Shown here: positions 14,332-27,221 of the stretch, in pieces | How positions within the stretch are numbered: position 1 is the stretch's first letter | How the letters are laid out: every line of letters starts with the position of its first letter | From: Octopus vulgaris | Taxonomy: Eukaryota | Assembly: GCA_951406725.2 (NCBI GenBank) | Contig: OX597824.1 | Coordinates: 32,426,001-32,490,000, forward strand | Length of the DNA: 64,000 bases | Reading direction: 5' to 3' | Program-made: the position numbers and the translations under genes | The notes under the pieces: model-generated | What the model saw: only the letters and a program-made list of their open reading frames with translations | The model's database searches: none | Told to the model about the DNA's origin: nothing

Positions 14332-15453
14332 TATATATATGATGTAATATCAAAACGTGAACAATTAGAAATTATAGGAGCAATTTATCTACGAAGAGTT
14401 TTAAAAGAAAAAGTTCGTTGTCATTTGAAAAATCAAAAGGACTTCAATTCATTACATTTAACAAACTTTGTATGTTAAGAAAACTTTATTTCTTTGGTGA
14501 TTCATAAATTGGGAATGACATTGGAGATGCAATTGAAATTAAATGAAATTCAGTAAATCTCAAATAAAATAAAAACTGCCATTAATCATTTACTGACTCT
14601 AATTCGAAAACTTTTCAGTTGTGAAATTGCTAAACAAATATTACATTCAAATCAGATAAAAATAGGAATATTGCTCTTAAGATATTAAAGTGTGCATATT
14701 TATAGATTTAATATTTTCTGACTTTACTACACAGTCTTGCAATTTTTAAATGGTTCCAACAGAATTTAAATAATGATATGCTTTAATCAGTTAATCCTGT
14801 AGTTGAGATTAGATAATAAGTGAAGATCAGGTAATCATTTAATACCAGTCATTAATCTACAGTTAAGATCAGGTTGTCTATTCCTACTTGTGAGTAAATC
14901 CAAACATTGGAGTCACACTAAGAAACTATTTCTTATGCAATGATTTGAGTGTCTTAAACTCTATATCACAGGCATATAGAATGGTGACAGATATAAATAG
15001 ATTCAACACTTTAAATGGGTGAGAGACAAGGGTTGGTGACAGGAAGGGCATCTGGCCTTAAAATTTGCTATAATAAACTCTGCTTGACCCATGCAAACAT
15101 GGACAAGTTGATACTAAAATGATGATGACGATGCCAATAATATCTATCTATCTATATATATATATATGGTGATAATGTGGCATATATGCACACACACACA
15201 CATGTGTGTGTTTTGTTTGAAACACTATGATCAATATTACTATTATCATTATATGTCAGTCTGGAAGACTGTATGTAAAATGATATGTGTGTGTGTGTGT
15301 GTGCTGTATAATATAATAATATATCTACACACACAAATACTGTATATGCATATAATATATATTGTACATATATAATGTATAATATATATTTTTAACACAT
15401 ATATGCATATATTACATATAATATACATGCATATATAATATATATGATATATA

Positions 15454-15497
<44 letters not shown>

Positions 15498-15500
15498 AAT

Positions 15501-15769
15501 TAGAGAAAAAACCACTATTATGCAATTCAAACAATGATAGACATAAACCAAATCATAAAGAAAAAATAAAATATATTATAAAATACATAACTAGATCACA
15601 AAAAGGGCAAAAAAACGTACGTAGTCTTTTTACTTATTATATATTGTTTAGTCCTTTTTTTGTACTTTTTGTGATCTAGTTGTATATTTTATAATATATT
15701 TTATTTTTTCTTTATGATTTGGTTTATGTCTATCTTTGTTTGAATTGCATAATAGTGGTTTTTCTCTAT
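15501..15769. repeat. Fold-back inverted repeat, about 110-bp arms
   Basis: tagagaaaaaaccactattatgcaattcaaac... mirrored by ...gtttgaattgcataatagtggtttttctcta. Confidence 0.92.
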
Positions 15770-16510
15770 TTTATATATATTATATATTTATATTGTGAAA
15801 TTTGATTTAATACTAAATTAAATTTTTCCTTGTAAGTTTGGAGTTATACGCCCTAATATTATATAAATAAAATGAGTAGTACCTGTAATTAAAAGGACAA
15901 GCCTTTTCATATTCTGTGTCACATTGAATCTCCTTGAGAACTACATTAAGGGTACACATACTGTGGAGTGCTCAACCATTTGCATGCTAATTTCATGAGC
16001 AAACTGTTCCGTTGATCAGAGCAACTGGAACACTAATTGTCATAACCAACAGGGTGCCAGTTATATATGTTTATATGTACATACAGATAATCGTCCTATT
16101 TGCCTCTTCATGCAGCATTTTATTTATAAACTGAATATTATATATTGACTACCAATTCATTTAATAGTGTTTGTGCATGGTCAGTGTGTATTGTATGCAC
16201 TTGAATTATATATATATAAATAGGATGGTTATGGGATCAGGAGCTGAATGAATGAAATATATATATATATTATACAACCACGTTTATACATATAAATGCA
16301 ATAAAAATATACAGCAATATATTTGTTATGATCACACATTTGTAACAAAATAATCTGGTTTGAATGAAGGATTTTGTGAGAGTACATAGTTTGTTAGTTA
16401 TTGACAAACTTGCCATTGTTATGATGTCTTATTGAAGACGTTTGGGTTCTAGTAAACACACAGTTGCAAAAAGAATAATAATGATAATAATAATAATAAT
16501 GGTAATAATA

Positions 16511-16568
<58 letters not shown>

Positions 16569-17345
16569 TAATAGTAATAATAAAAGAAACAACTGTGACA
16601 AAAAATGAAATGAAAATCTCTGGAGAAAAACCACTGCAGCTTTATTAAAAGTCTTAAAGCAAATTATTAAGAAAAAGTAGCTAAACCAAATGTCTAAAAG
16701 GTTAGATGACTAAAGATTACATCAAATACATTGTTGGTGAAATCAAAGTTGACTAAAAATAAATAAATAATAATAACAAAGAAAAGAAAATTTCCAAACA
16801 GAATCACTTTCTCTTTACTTTCCAAACAGGAAAAAAACAGCATTTATGTGGTCCAATCTGAACTCATGAGAAGAAAATATTGTATTACGTCTTGGTAATT
16901 TCATTTGTTATTACTTTAAGATATGATACAGACACTTAATAGAAAATAAATCAGTTTTGCGATTTAATGAAGGGTTTGTTTCGTTAGTGCTTGTTGAATT
17001 TATTAAAAAGGAAATTAATGTTAAATATCTATAAACTCTATGTTTCAAAACAGACAATAGGAGAGAGATAGATGATGAAGAAATTAGAAATTTCAGAATA
17101 GTTACTATTATAGAAGTAACAAGAAGACAGTGCCATGCAGGTGTAAAATAGGTTAGCAAAAGGTATGGAAAGATGAGAGGAAAGTAAAGAATTGATTAGT
17201 TGGTTTTCTTTCTTAGGAATGAAAATAAAAACAAACAAACAAAAAATAAAAACAATGCTGTATTGTCTAGTGAGGTGGTAATTGTTGGGTGTTTATCCAA
17301 ACTCAACCCATGCTGTTTAAACTGACAGAAAGGAAACTTATATAC

Positions 17346-17372
17346 CTGGCTAGTTCCACTGAGATGGTCTCT
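17346..17372 (-). CDS. RyR: RyR 27-nt microexon: (R)ETISVELA(R)
   Basis: ccgttag/gtatat, symmetric phase 2->2; supplies the segment before RHRP (insect RyR KYLKTEIERHRP, from memory). Confidence 0.82.
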
Positions 17373-19039
17373 CTAACGGAGCCATAAGTAATGTGATGTG
17401 GATAAATAGATGTTCAAAAGAAAGACAAAATATACTTAAATCAGTTTGAGTCGTAAGAAGGAAATGCTTCTACAAATACAAATATACATGTCTGCACATA
17501 CATATATGGACACTTTCATAATTACACACATACACACACATACACACATATACATATATACACACATATAAATATAAAAATATACATATGTGTACATATG
17601 TATATGTGTGTGTGTCTATATATATATGCACACGTACATGCACACACACACACCCACATACACACATGCAAATATATATTTTCAAAGATATTACAATGGC
17701 TAGAAATAAATTTTAATAGAAACACTAAAGGTAAAAAAATACTTTAATTCATAAATAATTGCAAAATGATACCTTCCAGTCAGTGTATATATATATACAT
17801 ATATATATATATACTAGAGTATATTGATAAAATATATATATAAACAAAAATACATGATGAAAACACTCCTTTACGAATATTTGTGTGAGTGCCTGCATGA
17901 TATTTATGAAAATAAGCACTTATATAACTGTGTGTGTGTGTGTGTTTGTGTTGTGAGTATGTGTAATTCACACATGTTTAAGTATAAAGTGTATTCACTG
18001 AATGTTCCTTCAATTCATTTAATAGATACAAACATCAAACATTAATCGTGATTTTTTATTATTTTTTTCATGACATATGATTGTTACAAATATTACGTAC
18101 ATTGATATTAAATACAAAAGCATACACTGCCTAGCAGGTGAAAGTTAACATGAATATAACAAAATCTTGACTATTTAGTTTCAAACTGTTGTAGTTAAAA
18201 AACATTTTTATACCAAAATCACTGAAGTGTAACATCCTTTTGTATATAATTATAATGTGTGTCTATTTATGTTTAGTGTGTATGTGTGTGTGTGTGTGTG
18301 TGTGTGTATTTATTGTTGATGTCATATGAATTTATAAACTTTTGAAGAATAATTCTTATTTGGAATATTAACTCTTAAAACACACTACATAATGCTAAAG
18401 ATAATGGGGTTGATGTAGGACTTGAACCCACATTGCTGGTATGCCTGTCTTACAGGCAGCCTTCAACTTTTTCTATCTAAAAGAGATTTTCAACCCCATA
18501 TAAATATTTGTTTTTATATCGACATATATTTGCCAACTAAGTGTGGCGTCCTATACAGGACAGGTATATCTCCTCCAACTGGCTAATGACACACTTTCTG
18601 TGTCTGATTAGTATTTTGTGAGAGAAAATCATCGCTGCCATCTCTAGCCTTATGTGATACACACGGGTTCGAGTTTCTGGGTGGTTACCTGTCCTCAGTG
18701 TGTGTTAATCACTTAGTTGGCAAATATATGTTATGGTTCCACACTACTACTGTTTATATCTCGCTCAGAGATTTAATTTAACATTTATATATCAAGTTAA
18801 ACATTAAAAACAATTTAACATCAAACTGAACAATAACTAAATGCTTTTTGTATATATTTATTGAACTTTTACAAAAAGAAGGGTGACAGTGACCTCAAAG
18901 TTTTGGTCTGTTAGGATAAAGAATAAAAATATCTATTCAAAAAATGAGAATTATTAATGGTTGTCTGAATCACAAGTGACCAGAGAAATTAATTTGGACT
19001 TTTGTACTTTGAAATAAGTAAGAGGCATCACTATGTAAA

Positions 19040-19320
19040 GAGTTAAATTGTCAATTGCACTGGAACAACACTTAGTGCATGGTGGATATGGCTCTTTTCT
19101 TGAGTTGGAAATTGAGCAGAGAAGGGGCTCCAGATTTGTTTGCTAGCATTTTTCAATTTCTGATGTATGACAATGGCCTCTTCGTGGGAGGAAGTAAGCA
19201 TTAGGATATTGTCCATGCATTTTGAGAAGAAGATGAAGGAGTGGCAGGTACTAAGCACCATGTGCTTCGACTGGTTCATGGATGTGATAGTCAGAAGTCT
19301 TGATGGGCTTGATCCCTAAG
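19040..19320 (-). mobile_element. Penelope-like reverse transcriptase fragment
   Basis: FFSKCMDNILMLTSSHEEAIVIHQKL resembles a decayed RYxDDIL catalytic segment. Confidence 0.5.
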
Positions 19321-19398
19321 GTTTACTGATTAAAGAGGATGAGAGAAAGAGTGAGTCTGTGTATGTGAGAGTGTGCATGTGTGTGTGAGAGAGAGAGG

Positions 19399-19445
<47 letters not shown>

Positions 19446-19689
19446 GATAATGTGTGATTGAAGGCTGTCAATATAGAAAATTAGAGAGGGCAGCATTGAG
19501 AATGAAGGATGGATAACAACGGAAATGATTCTGAGTAATAAGAAGGATAAATGGTTTGAAGGAGAATCAAGTGGAGCATGTAGTTCTGTTCAGATTTAAC
19601 TACAGCAGTATAACATTGTGGTTAGAGTGATGATGAGTACTGGAATGTGCTTATAGATACACATAGTGCTTCCAGAATCTCAGCTTTGC

Positions 19690-20095
19690 CAAGGTAGGTG
19701 GGCCTCCTCAAGAACTGCAAACTGCCAGTCATTATGGCTCTTTGTTTTCTCTTCTATGAAGTTCAAGATCCTGATATCAGCCTTTACTACATCATCCCAG
19801 GTCTTCCTGAATCTTCATCTTCTGCAAACTCTGTCCACATAAAGTGATCAGCACTTCTTTATACAGCTGTTCTCATCCATATGGACATCTCCTCTCACAT
19901 GTCCATATTACACATATCCATAGTGCAGTCTTCCTTCTTGCATACTGCACCTAAATCCACTCATGCCCACTTTTTCTCTGGGCACATTTGTATTTTGCTG
20001 TTCATACACACTTACACTGCACATCCAATGGAGCATGCTTGCTTCATTTCTCTTCAGTCTTCTCAAGTCATCTTTATTCATGGCTCCATGCTATG
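19690..20095 (-). mobile_element. RTE-clade LINE C-terminal fragment
   Basis: Decayed RRLKRNEASMLHWMCSVSV...YGHV...RKTWDDVV. Confidence 0.75.
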
Positions 20096-20880
20096 TGTGT
20101 GTCTCCTTGACATAACACTATACTTGTAAATAGCACAATACTTGTTATGTCTTCTTGACATAACATAGCACTTGTCATTATCAAACAAGCAATGACATTC
20201 GATTTCAATCTTCCATGAAAACATATCTGTCCGTAGGAAAGTTTTATCTTGTATGGAAATAAGTGAGGGTTGATGACAGGATCCAGTTCTAGAAAATCTG
20301 CCTCATGAATTCTGTATGACTCATGCAGGCATGGAAATGTGGAGATTAAAACAATGATGATAATGATAGTATCTTATATAGGTGTATTAATATTATATAT
20401 ATATCTATATATCTATATCTATCTATATATATGTGTATATGTATATATGTGTGTGTGTACATGTGTGTATATATATATATATATATACATACACACATGT
20501 ACACACACACATGAACACACACATACATATACATACATGGATTCATATGCATATATATAAATGTATACCTCATATAAATATATGCTTATATATGCAAGCA
20601 TATAATCATAAGCATGTACACAAAAAGAGACACATAGATATAACCTAACACAAACACACAGCTAAAAAAAATAATTATGTAATTATGTAATATTTATTGA
20701 TATCAGCAATATAAGTTATTAGATATTTATCTTGTGATTAAAATGCAGTTAAAATATGCATATGATGAAAAATGAGAAACAAATGGAATAAAATGTTTAG
20801 AATGAGTGCCATTTGGAATACAGTTGTTGTAGAGTTTTTGCAGAAATATGTTCTAAAGAAACAGTTAAATCAGAACTTAC

Positions 20881-20962
20881 CGATGAGAAAATGAAGAACC
20901 ACTCATACCAAGTGAGAAAAGAGCATTTAGAATTCGATAACATGCGAGTTGAACTTCACCAA
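20881..20962 (-). CDS. RyR: RyR exon: VGEVQLACYRILNALFSLGMSGSSFSH
   Basis: cag/gtaagt, 82 nt, phase 1->2; resembles RyR1 DDVQVSCYRTLCSIYSLG. Confidence 0.94.
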
Positions 20963-21466
20963 CTGAGGAAGAAAAAAAACGAAGACATGTCATGGAATGA
21001 TTTTTGAATAAGTTTTGGAAATTTTTGGCATGTTTGGTTGTACTAAATTTAGAAATAATCTATTTGAAATTTCCCTCAATAAATTAATGTGTTGGGATTT
21101 TGTAAAATCAGAAGTGCTAGATTTCATGTTTAGATATAGCAATGAGAATGTAGATGAAAAAAGAAAGAGCAAAATTTCAAAGAATGTACACCAAGGCAAA
21201 ACAACACATATTGTTTAGCAAATGATGTGTATGAGACATTTTGGCATGGCTGTTTTGGTTTCCATCTATTTGGCATTGCTAATTTGATGCCAAATAGGTA
21301 CTCCATTTCATAGTAATTTATCATAATGTAATACATATTTATTCTCATTGTTTTAAATTAATCATATATTATCTTATAGCTCAAAATTTTGATGGTGCGA
21401 TTGTTTATTTTAGAATGTCATTGTAGGGTGGGTGAGAGAGGTCAGATCTGGTTGCTTTGAGTATAT

Positions 21467-21691
21467 ATTTCTTTACTACCCACAAGGGGCTAAACACAGA
21501 GAGGACAAACAAGGACAGACAAACGAATTAAGTCGATTATATCGACCCCAGTACATAACTGGTACTTAATTTATCGACCCCGAAAGGATGAAAAGCAAAG
21601 TCGACCTCGGCGGAATTTGAACTCAGAATGTAACGGCAGATGAAATACGGCTACGCATTTCGCCCGGCTTCCTAATGTTTCTGCCAGCTCA
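21467..21691 (-). mobile_element. SINE with Nin-like domain (ctttcatcctttcggggtcgataaa)
   Basis: Near-identical copy at 57195-57410; related decayed copies at about 2850-2985, 3930-4075, 9845-10055, 11100-11310, 26220-26650, 54230-54385. Confidence 0.75.
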
Positions 21692-21944
21692 CTGCTTTGA
21701 GTATAAAAAAGGAAGAATATTTGGGCTGGTTATGGCCGGTTTAAATGCCAACAGATTAAGATGATATTGATTATAAATATGTTTTGTGCAGCTATGTGAA
21801 AAATTAAGTGAGGTTTACTCTGGTACTAGCTTTAGTTTATTCAGCAAAATGCTAAAAACTCTATATGAGAGTTGAAACATGTAGGCTTTTTCTCCAGTAG
21901 AGAATGAAATAAAATAAATGAAAAGATTTCAGTAAAGTACGCAC

Positions 21945-22183
21945 CTAATATATCAGCTCCATAACTATTGTGGCCGAGATGTTCAAATAAGGATGAAAGA
22001 ACAGGAAGAAGGACCATATGGACATAGTTAAGGCTTGTGGCACCTCTAGTGATAGTTCCTTTGACATGGCTAAATCGACCTTTATGAAGATTGTCCATTA
22101 AATTTGCCAAGTCAGCAGCAGCATTGTTAAAAAATGGCATAAAGTGAGCCCTGATTATTTCTGGTGAATTTTTCACTACGGAC
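21945..22183 (-). CDS. RyR: RyR exon: RSVVKNSPEIIRAHFMPFFNNAAADL...GHNSYGADIL
   Basis: cag/gtgcgt, 239 nt, phase 2->1. Confidence 0.94.
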
Positions 22184-22734
22184 CTGAAATGGAAACAGTT
22201 ATAATTATTACATATGTCTTAGGTAAGAAAATGTCAAAGACAAATAATGTACTAGGGATGCACAATAACTCAGACCAGACCCAGTGCCTAAAATCTGATG
22301 TTAAGTGAAGGGATATAAGATTCCCAAAAATAAGTGTTGACTATAGGTGATGTATGGGTAAAGCTAATGTGGGTATAATACAATAAAATATGATTTGTGC
22401 TTGCCTATACTGAATCACTATGAAATTTCAACCTCTGGATTCTCTTAGTTTTCCATTAAATTTGTATATCTTTGTAGAATTTTCTTTATAATTATGTTAT
22501 AAATGATTTGAAGCCTTATGACTGCATTCATATTTTATTTTATTATGTTATCATACATACATACTTTTTCAGTTATTTCTTGTAGGTTGAGTGACCATGT
22601 ATAAACTTCTTCATTAGCTCAATCAAAAGTTAAAAAATTATTCATTGATAAAGCTGTATAAGCAATAAACTTTCTTGTAAAAAGAGACTGAAATGACAAA
22701 ATGCAAATATTACTTAAAAATTGTGTTTACATAC

Positions 22735-22845
22735 CTTGCATCAACAGCCTGGACAAGCACTTGTAAGCACCTGACAGATATGTTGACATCATGACCAAAG
22801 GCATTAATTTTGCTTCTTAATGCTTGGGCTAATTTACAAAAGAGA
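22735..22845 (-). CDS. RyR: RyR exon: [37 protein letters not shown]
   Basis: cag/gtatgt, 111 nt, phase 2->2. Confidence 0.95.
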
Positions 22846-23876
22846 CTGCCGAACAGAAAAAATGACAAAAAAAAATTTAATCAATATAAATAATCAATTT
22901 CATGTAATTAAAAATCCAATCAATATTTTTTAAATAGTTGGCAGAGGAAGAGATGTGTCTCTGGTCTTTGCAGACCATCTTACATTGATGAGATGAATGT
23001 GGTCGATGTTCAGTTTCAACCTCTACAGATCTCATTGAACACTTATAAATTTAGAAATTAGTAATATTGGTTTCAAATTTTAGCATAAGGCTAGCAATTT
23101 TAGGGGACGGGGTTAAGTCAACTACATTGACTCCATTACTCAATTGGTAATTATTTTATCGACCTCAGAAGCACGAAAGGCAAAGCTACCTTGGTTAGCA
23201 TTTGAACTCAGAATGTAAAGATGGAATGAAATGTTACTAAGCAGTTTGTTCAGTGTGCTTACAATTCTGCCTGCCCACCACCTCAGAAATTATTAAGTTT
23301 GAGTTCTCTACTGAAATAAAGGAAGAGTCCAGTGTCCATTCTATGTACCTTTCAGAGAAGAGACTTGAATATCCTAATGAAGCTAACAGTCTATTTTTTA
23401 ATCTTTTACATGTTTCAGTCACTGGACTGCAGCCATGCTGGGTTACTGCTTTGAGGGATTTCATCGAAAAAATTGACCCCTGTACTTATTTCTAAGACTG
23501 GTACTTATTCTATCAGTCTCTTTTGCTGCATCACTAAGTTATGGGAATTAAACCAATAACTGTTGTTAAGAGGTGTTGGGAAACAGAAATACACACACAC
23601 ACATACATGTATGGCAGGCTTCCACACAGTTAGTTTCCATTTATCAAATTTACTTATAAGGCATTGATTGGCTTCGACTATAGCAGAAGATACTTGCCCA
23701 AGGTGTCATAGAATAGGACTGAATCCAAAACCACGTGGCTACAAGGTGGGAAATAATTTTAAAGATATGACACAATAATATAAGGGTTCTTTTTTCTTTC
23801 TGTTGTAGTTTCAGCTCGGAGCTGTGACCATGCTGGAGCACTGCCGTTCTTCATAATAAACAAAGATTATACTTAC

Positions 23877-23995
23877 GTGGCAGTCATTTCTTTTTCTTTT
23901 GACGATGCCATCCCTGATGAACTTGGAGAAGTTGGTGATGCAATAAAATACAAACGGTGAGCATGGAAATACCTCTCCACAAATGGTAAAACAAC
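23877..23995 (-). CDS. RyR: RyR exon: VVLPFVERYFHAHRLYFIASPTSPSSSGMASSKEKEMTA
   Basis: cag/gtaagt, 119 nt, phase 0->2; ASxKEKEM motif. Confidence 0.95.
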
Positions 23996-24189
23996 CTGCC
24001 ATTAAAGGAAATGTATTAAGAAATGATTCTTAATAAAGTTGAGAAGTAATGTTCTTAAAAACACAGCCATGCCTATACCTATAAAACTTCTTTAATAATT
24101 CTAAATTAATAATCACATTTTAGTTAATTATAACATTATATTTTAATGCTTTATATGACATATTGAAGCAAAAATAATGGAAAACTGAC

Positions 24190-24421
24190 CTTCCCAAAGA
24201 ATTTTACATCTTCTGTTGCTGTTGTATAACTTTCTCGTCGACTGAATCGACTACTAGGCTTGGTTTGTTTCATGTTAATTGAGGCTTTGTCCAGATATTC
24301 TAAAAGCTTCTGTAACAAACTGTAGGCAAAGCGTTTCTCTGTGGCTGATACAGATGCACCGCCATCATTATCTTTGCCATGTCGAGATGAAGATTCATGT
24401 GCATGTTGAGACATACTGCCA
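24190..24421 (-). CDS. RyR: RyR exon: CGSMSQHAHESS...TEKRFAYSLLQKLL...EDVKFFGK
   Basis: tag/gtcagt, 232 nt, phase 2->0; EKRFA and KFF motifs. Confidence 0.94.
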
Positions 24422-25044
24422 CTAGAAAGGAATAAATATTATAACAGCCATGTTTATTTACTCATTTCACCTTGAGGTAATGTAGCTAAAATATACCTAA
24501 TAATTATCAGTTTTTAAAAATACATATATTTTAATAACAAATAGATGTAACCTTAGACCTTAATAATGCAACCTACTCTCCATTTCATAAATCGAATGAA
24601 TATCTTAAATACATAAATATTAATTCAAATCATCATAGATCATTACTTAAAAGTATTATAAATAGTATATCTACTAGAATATCCAACCTATCTTATAACG
24701 AAGAAATTTTTAATAATCATAATATATTATTAAAAAATATATGTATATTTTAATAACAATATACTAAAACTAGATGTGAAAAATAATCCTATATTCTCTA
24801 TGTTTAACAACCTGTGGAATAAAGAGTAAATTCTTAAAACATTACAGATGAAAGATGAAACTTAGTTCTCAGCATATGGAACTGGAACAAATATAGAAAT
24901 AAAAAAAAAGGTATTTTTTGATAAAATATTTTTCAAGTCTGTAGTAGACAAGTAGTCGTTTATTTAAGTTATCTAAATTATTTTCTTTTTAATTTACTTA
25001 TTTAAAAAATTTATTTAATATTTACATATTTGTCTGCTACTTAC

Positions 25045-25168
25045 CAACTGATTCTAAAACCTAAAAATTGCAAAAATTTGAGGAGTTCTTGTGCTTGTTC
25101 CTTATCTCTTTTCTTCTCGTGATCTGTCAGACTATCATATGGTACCAACAGTGGATGAATTCCTCCAC
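25045..25168 (-). CDS. RyR: RyR exon (repeat 4): [41 protein letters not shown]
   Basis: tag/gtaagt, 124 nt, phase 1->2. Confidence 0.96.
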
Positions 25169-26690
25169 CTAAAATAGAAGTCAAAGACTTGACATTATTA
25201 ACAAAAAATATCGAAGTATTACTGGTTAAAATATCAGTTACTGTCCCACTTGTCTACCTTGAGCTCATGTGTGTAAGAGAGAGAGAAGGTTGTAGTTAGA
25301 TTGCATTGATAATGGGCTGAACTACTGGAGAAGCTAGTTTATATGTAATCTCTGGTGCTGTGAAATGACAGGGTAAAATGCTTAACTTGCAATGATCCAT
25401 GCAAAACGACACTGTATAAAAGCATATAAACAAAGGTACACATCAAAAATAAAATTTTCTCTGCAAAATATTGTGGAACTTCACGTTATAAACCTAATAT
25501 ATTTCCTATATTAGTACACAAACTACACACCTTCAATTCCTGGGTTTACTACATTAAGTATGCTAGCACCCACTTTAATATATATTACAGCATTGTATCA
25601 TAACTTAGAAGATCTATCTTACTTTCAGAAAACATAATTCAGTATCACTGTGGTCCAGTCTTAACTGCAATGGTCACACTCTCAATAAATATGCTTTCTA
25701 CAAGATGACAGACACCATATTATTTAATGTATATCGTTCATATTAGATGGGCTGGTGTCCACATGCCGATTATTTTTTTCACTATGTTTTGGCTGTTGTA
25801 CACTCTAAGAAGGCTGCAGCATACAACTGAAACTTAGTGAAAGTGACAGTCAAAAATGAGGATGCAGTCCAACTAATATAAACAGTATATCATCATCATC
25901 ATCATCATCATTTAACGTCCGTTTTCTATGCTGGCATGGGCTGGACGGTTTTACAGGGGCTGGTTAGACAGAAGACTGCACCAGGCTTCACTGTCAGTTT
26001 TGGCAGGGTTTTTACTGCTGGATGCCCTTTCTAACAACAACCACATTACAGAGCGGACATAATATAAATAATAGTAATATACATAATATAAATTCCCCAT
26101 CTGAGAAATATAGAACTGTATTAATCATATTATTTATATTATTAAAGATACATGAGACTGCAAACTAGCAAAATTATTACATTAGACAAAATGTTTAACA
26201 GGATTTCTTCTGACTCTTTATGAGCTGTGTTCAAATTCTGTTAAAGTCCACTTTGCCTGTCATCCTTTCTGGGTTGATAATTTAAGTACAAGTCAAGTGC
26301 TAGGGTTGATGTAATCAACATACCCCAGCCCCTAAAATTACAGGCCTTGTGATGAAATTTGAAACTGTTATACTATGTACACCATCTCAAATGATTTCTT
26401 TATATCTGATATAGATCAACCAGGGCTGGTCAGGATTAAACATTAATATTGATTTCAAATTTTGGCCCAAGGCCAGCAATTTCATGGGAGGGAGTAGGTT
26501 GATTACATTGACTCCAATACTCAACTGATTCTTACTTAATTGACCCTGAAAGGATAAAAGACAAAGTTGATGATGGCATTTGAACTCAGAACATAAAGAT
26601 AGATGGAAAGCTACAGAGCATTTTGCCTGATGTTCTAATGATTCTTCCAACTCACTGCTTTAAACAATAATATTAAAACTGGCAACTTAC

Positions 26691-26766
26691 CAATTGATTC
26701 TAAGTCTAATTTCTTTTGTTTAAACCAAACTTCATGCATATTTTCTGCCAGCCTTTCTGCCAAATT
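26691..26766 (-). CDS. RyR: RyR exon (repeat 4): NLAERLAENMHEVWFKQKKLDLESI
   Basis: cag/gtaagt, 76 nt, phase 0->1. Confidence 0.94.
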
Positions 26767-27221
26767 CTGCAAATCAAGTAAAAATATATTTTAGAAATCT
26801 GGCTAAAATATGCCAAAATAACACAAAGACCGAAGACATTCAAAGAGCAGAAATTTAGAGATAGCATTTCAGGAATATTTTTTTTATATCAAAAGAACTC
26901 ATTAAACATATTAGGTTATAATGAGATGTGTAAAGGTTTTTTTTGAAGAAATTTTCTAATAGATTCTTAGAAGTTGAAATCAAAGAATATATGAAAAAAT
27001 TATTTTTAATTAAAAATTAATGTTATATTGAAAAACTGATTCCATGAATATTTTCATGCAAAGGAATGGTTTCCATTTGTTTGCATGGACCAGCTTGTTA
27101 TCTCTTCTTTTTTTTTTTAAGAAAGGAACAATCTATTTTAAAATTGTTGTCTAAATTATGCAAAAATGAAAATAACACTGATATCTCATTTTAACAGATA
27201 TATATATATATATATATATAT

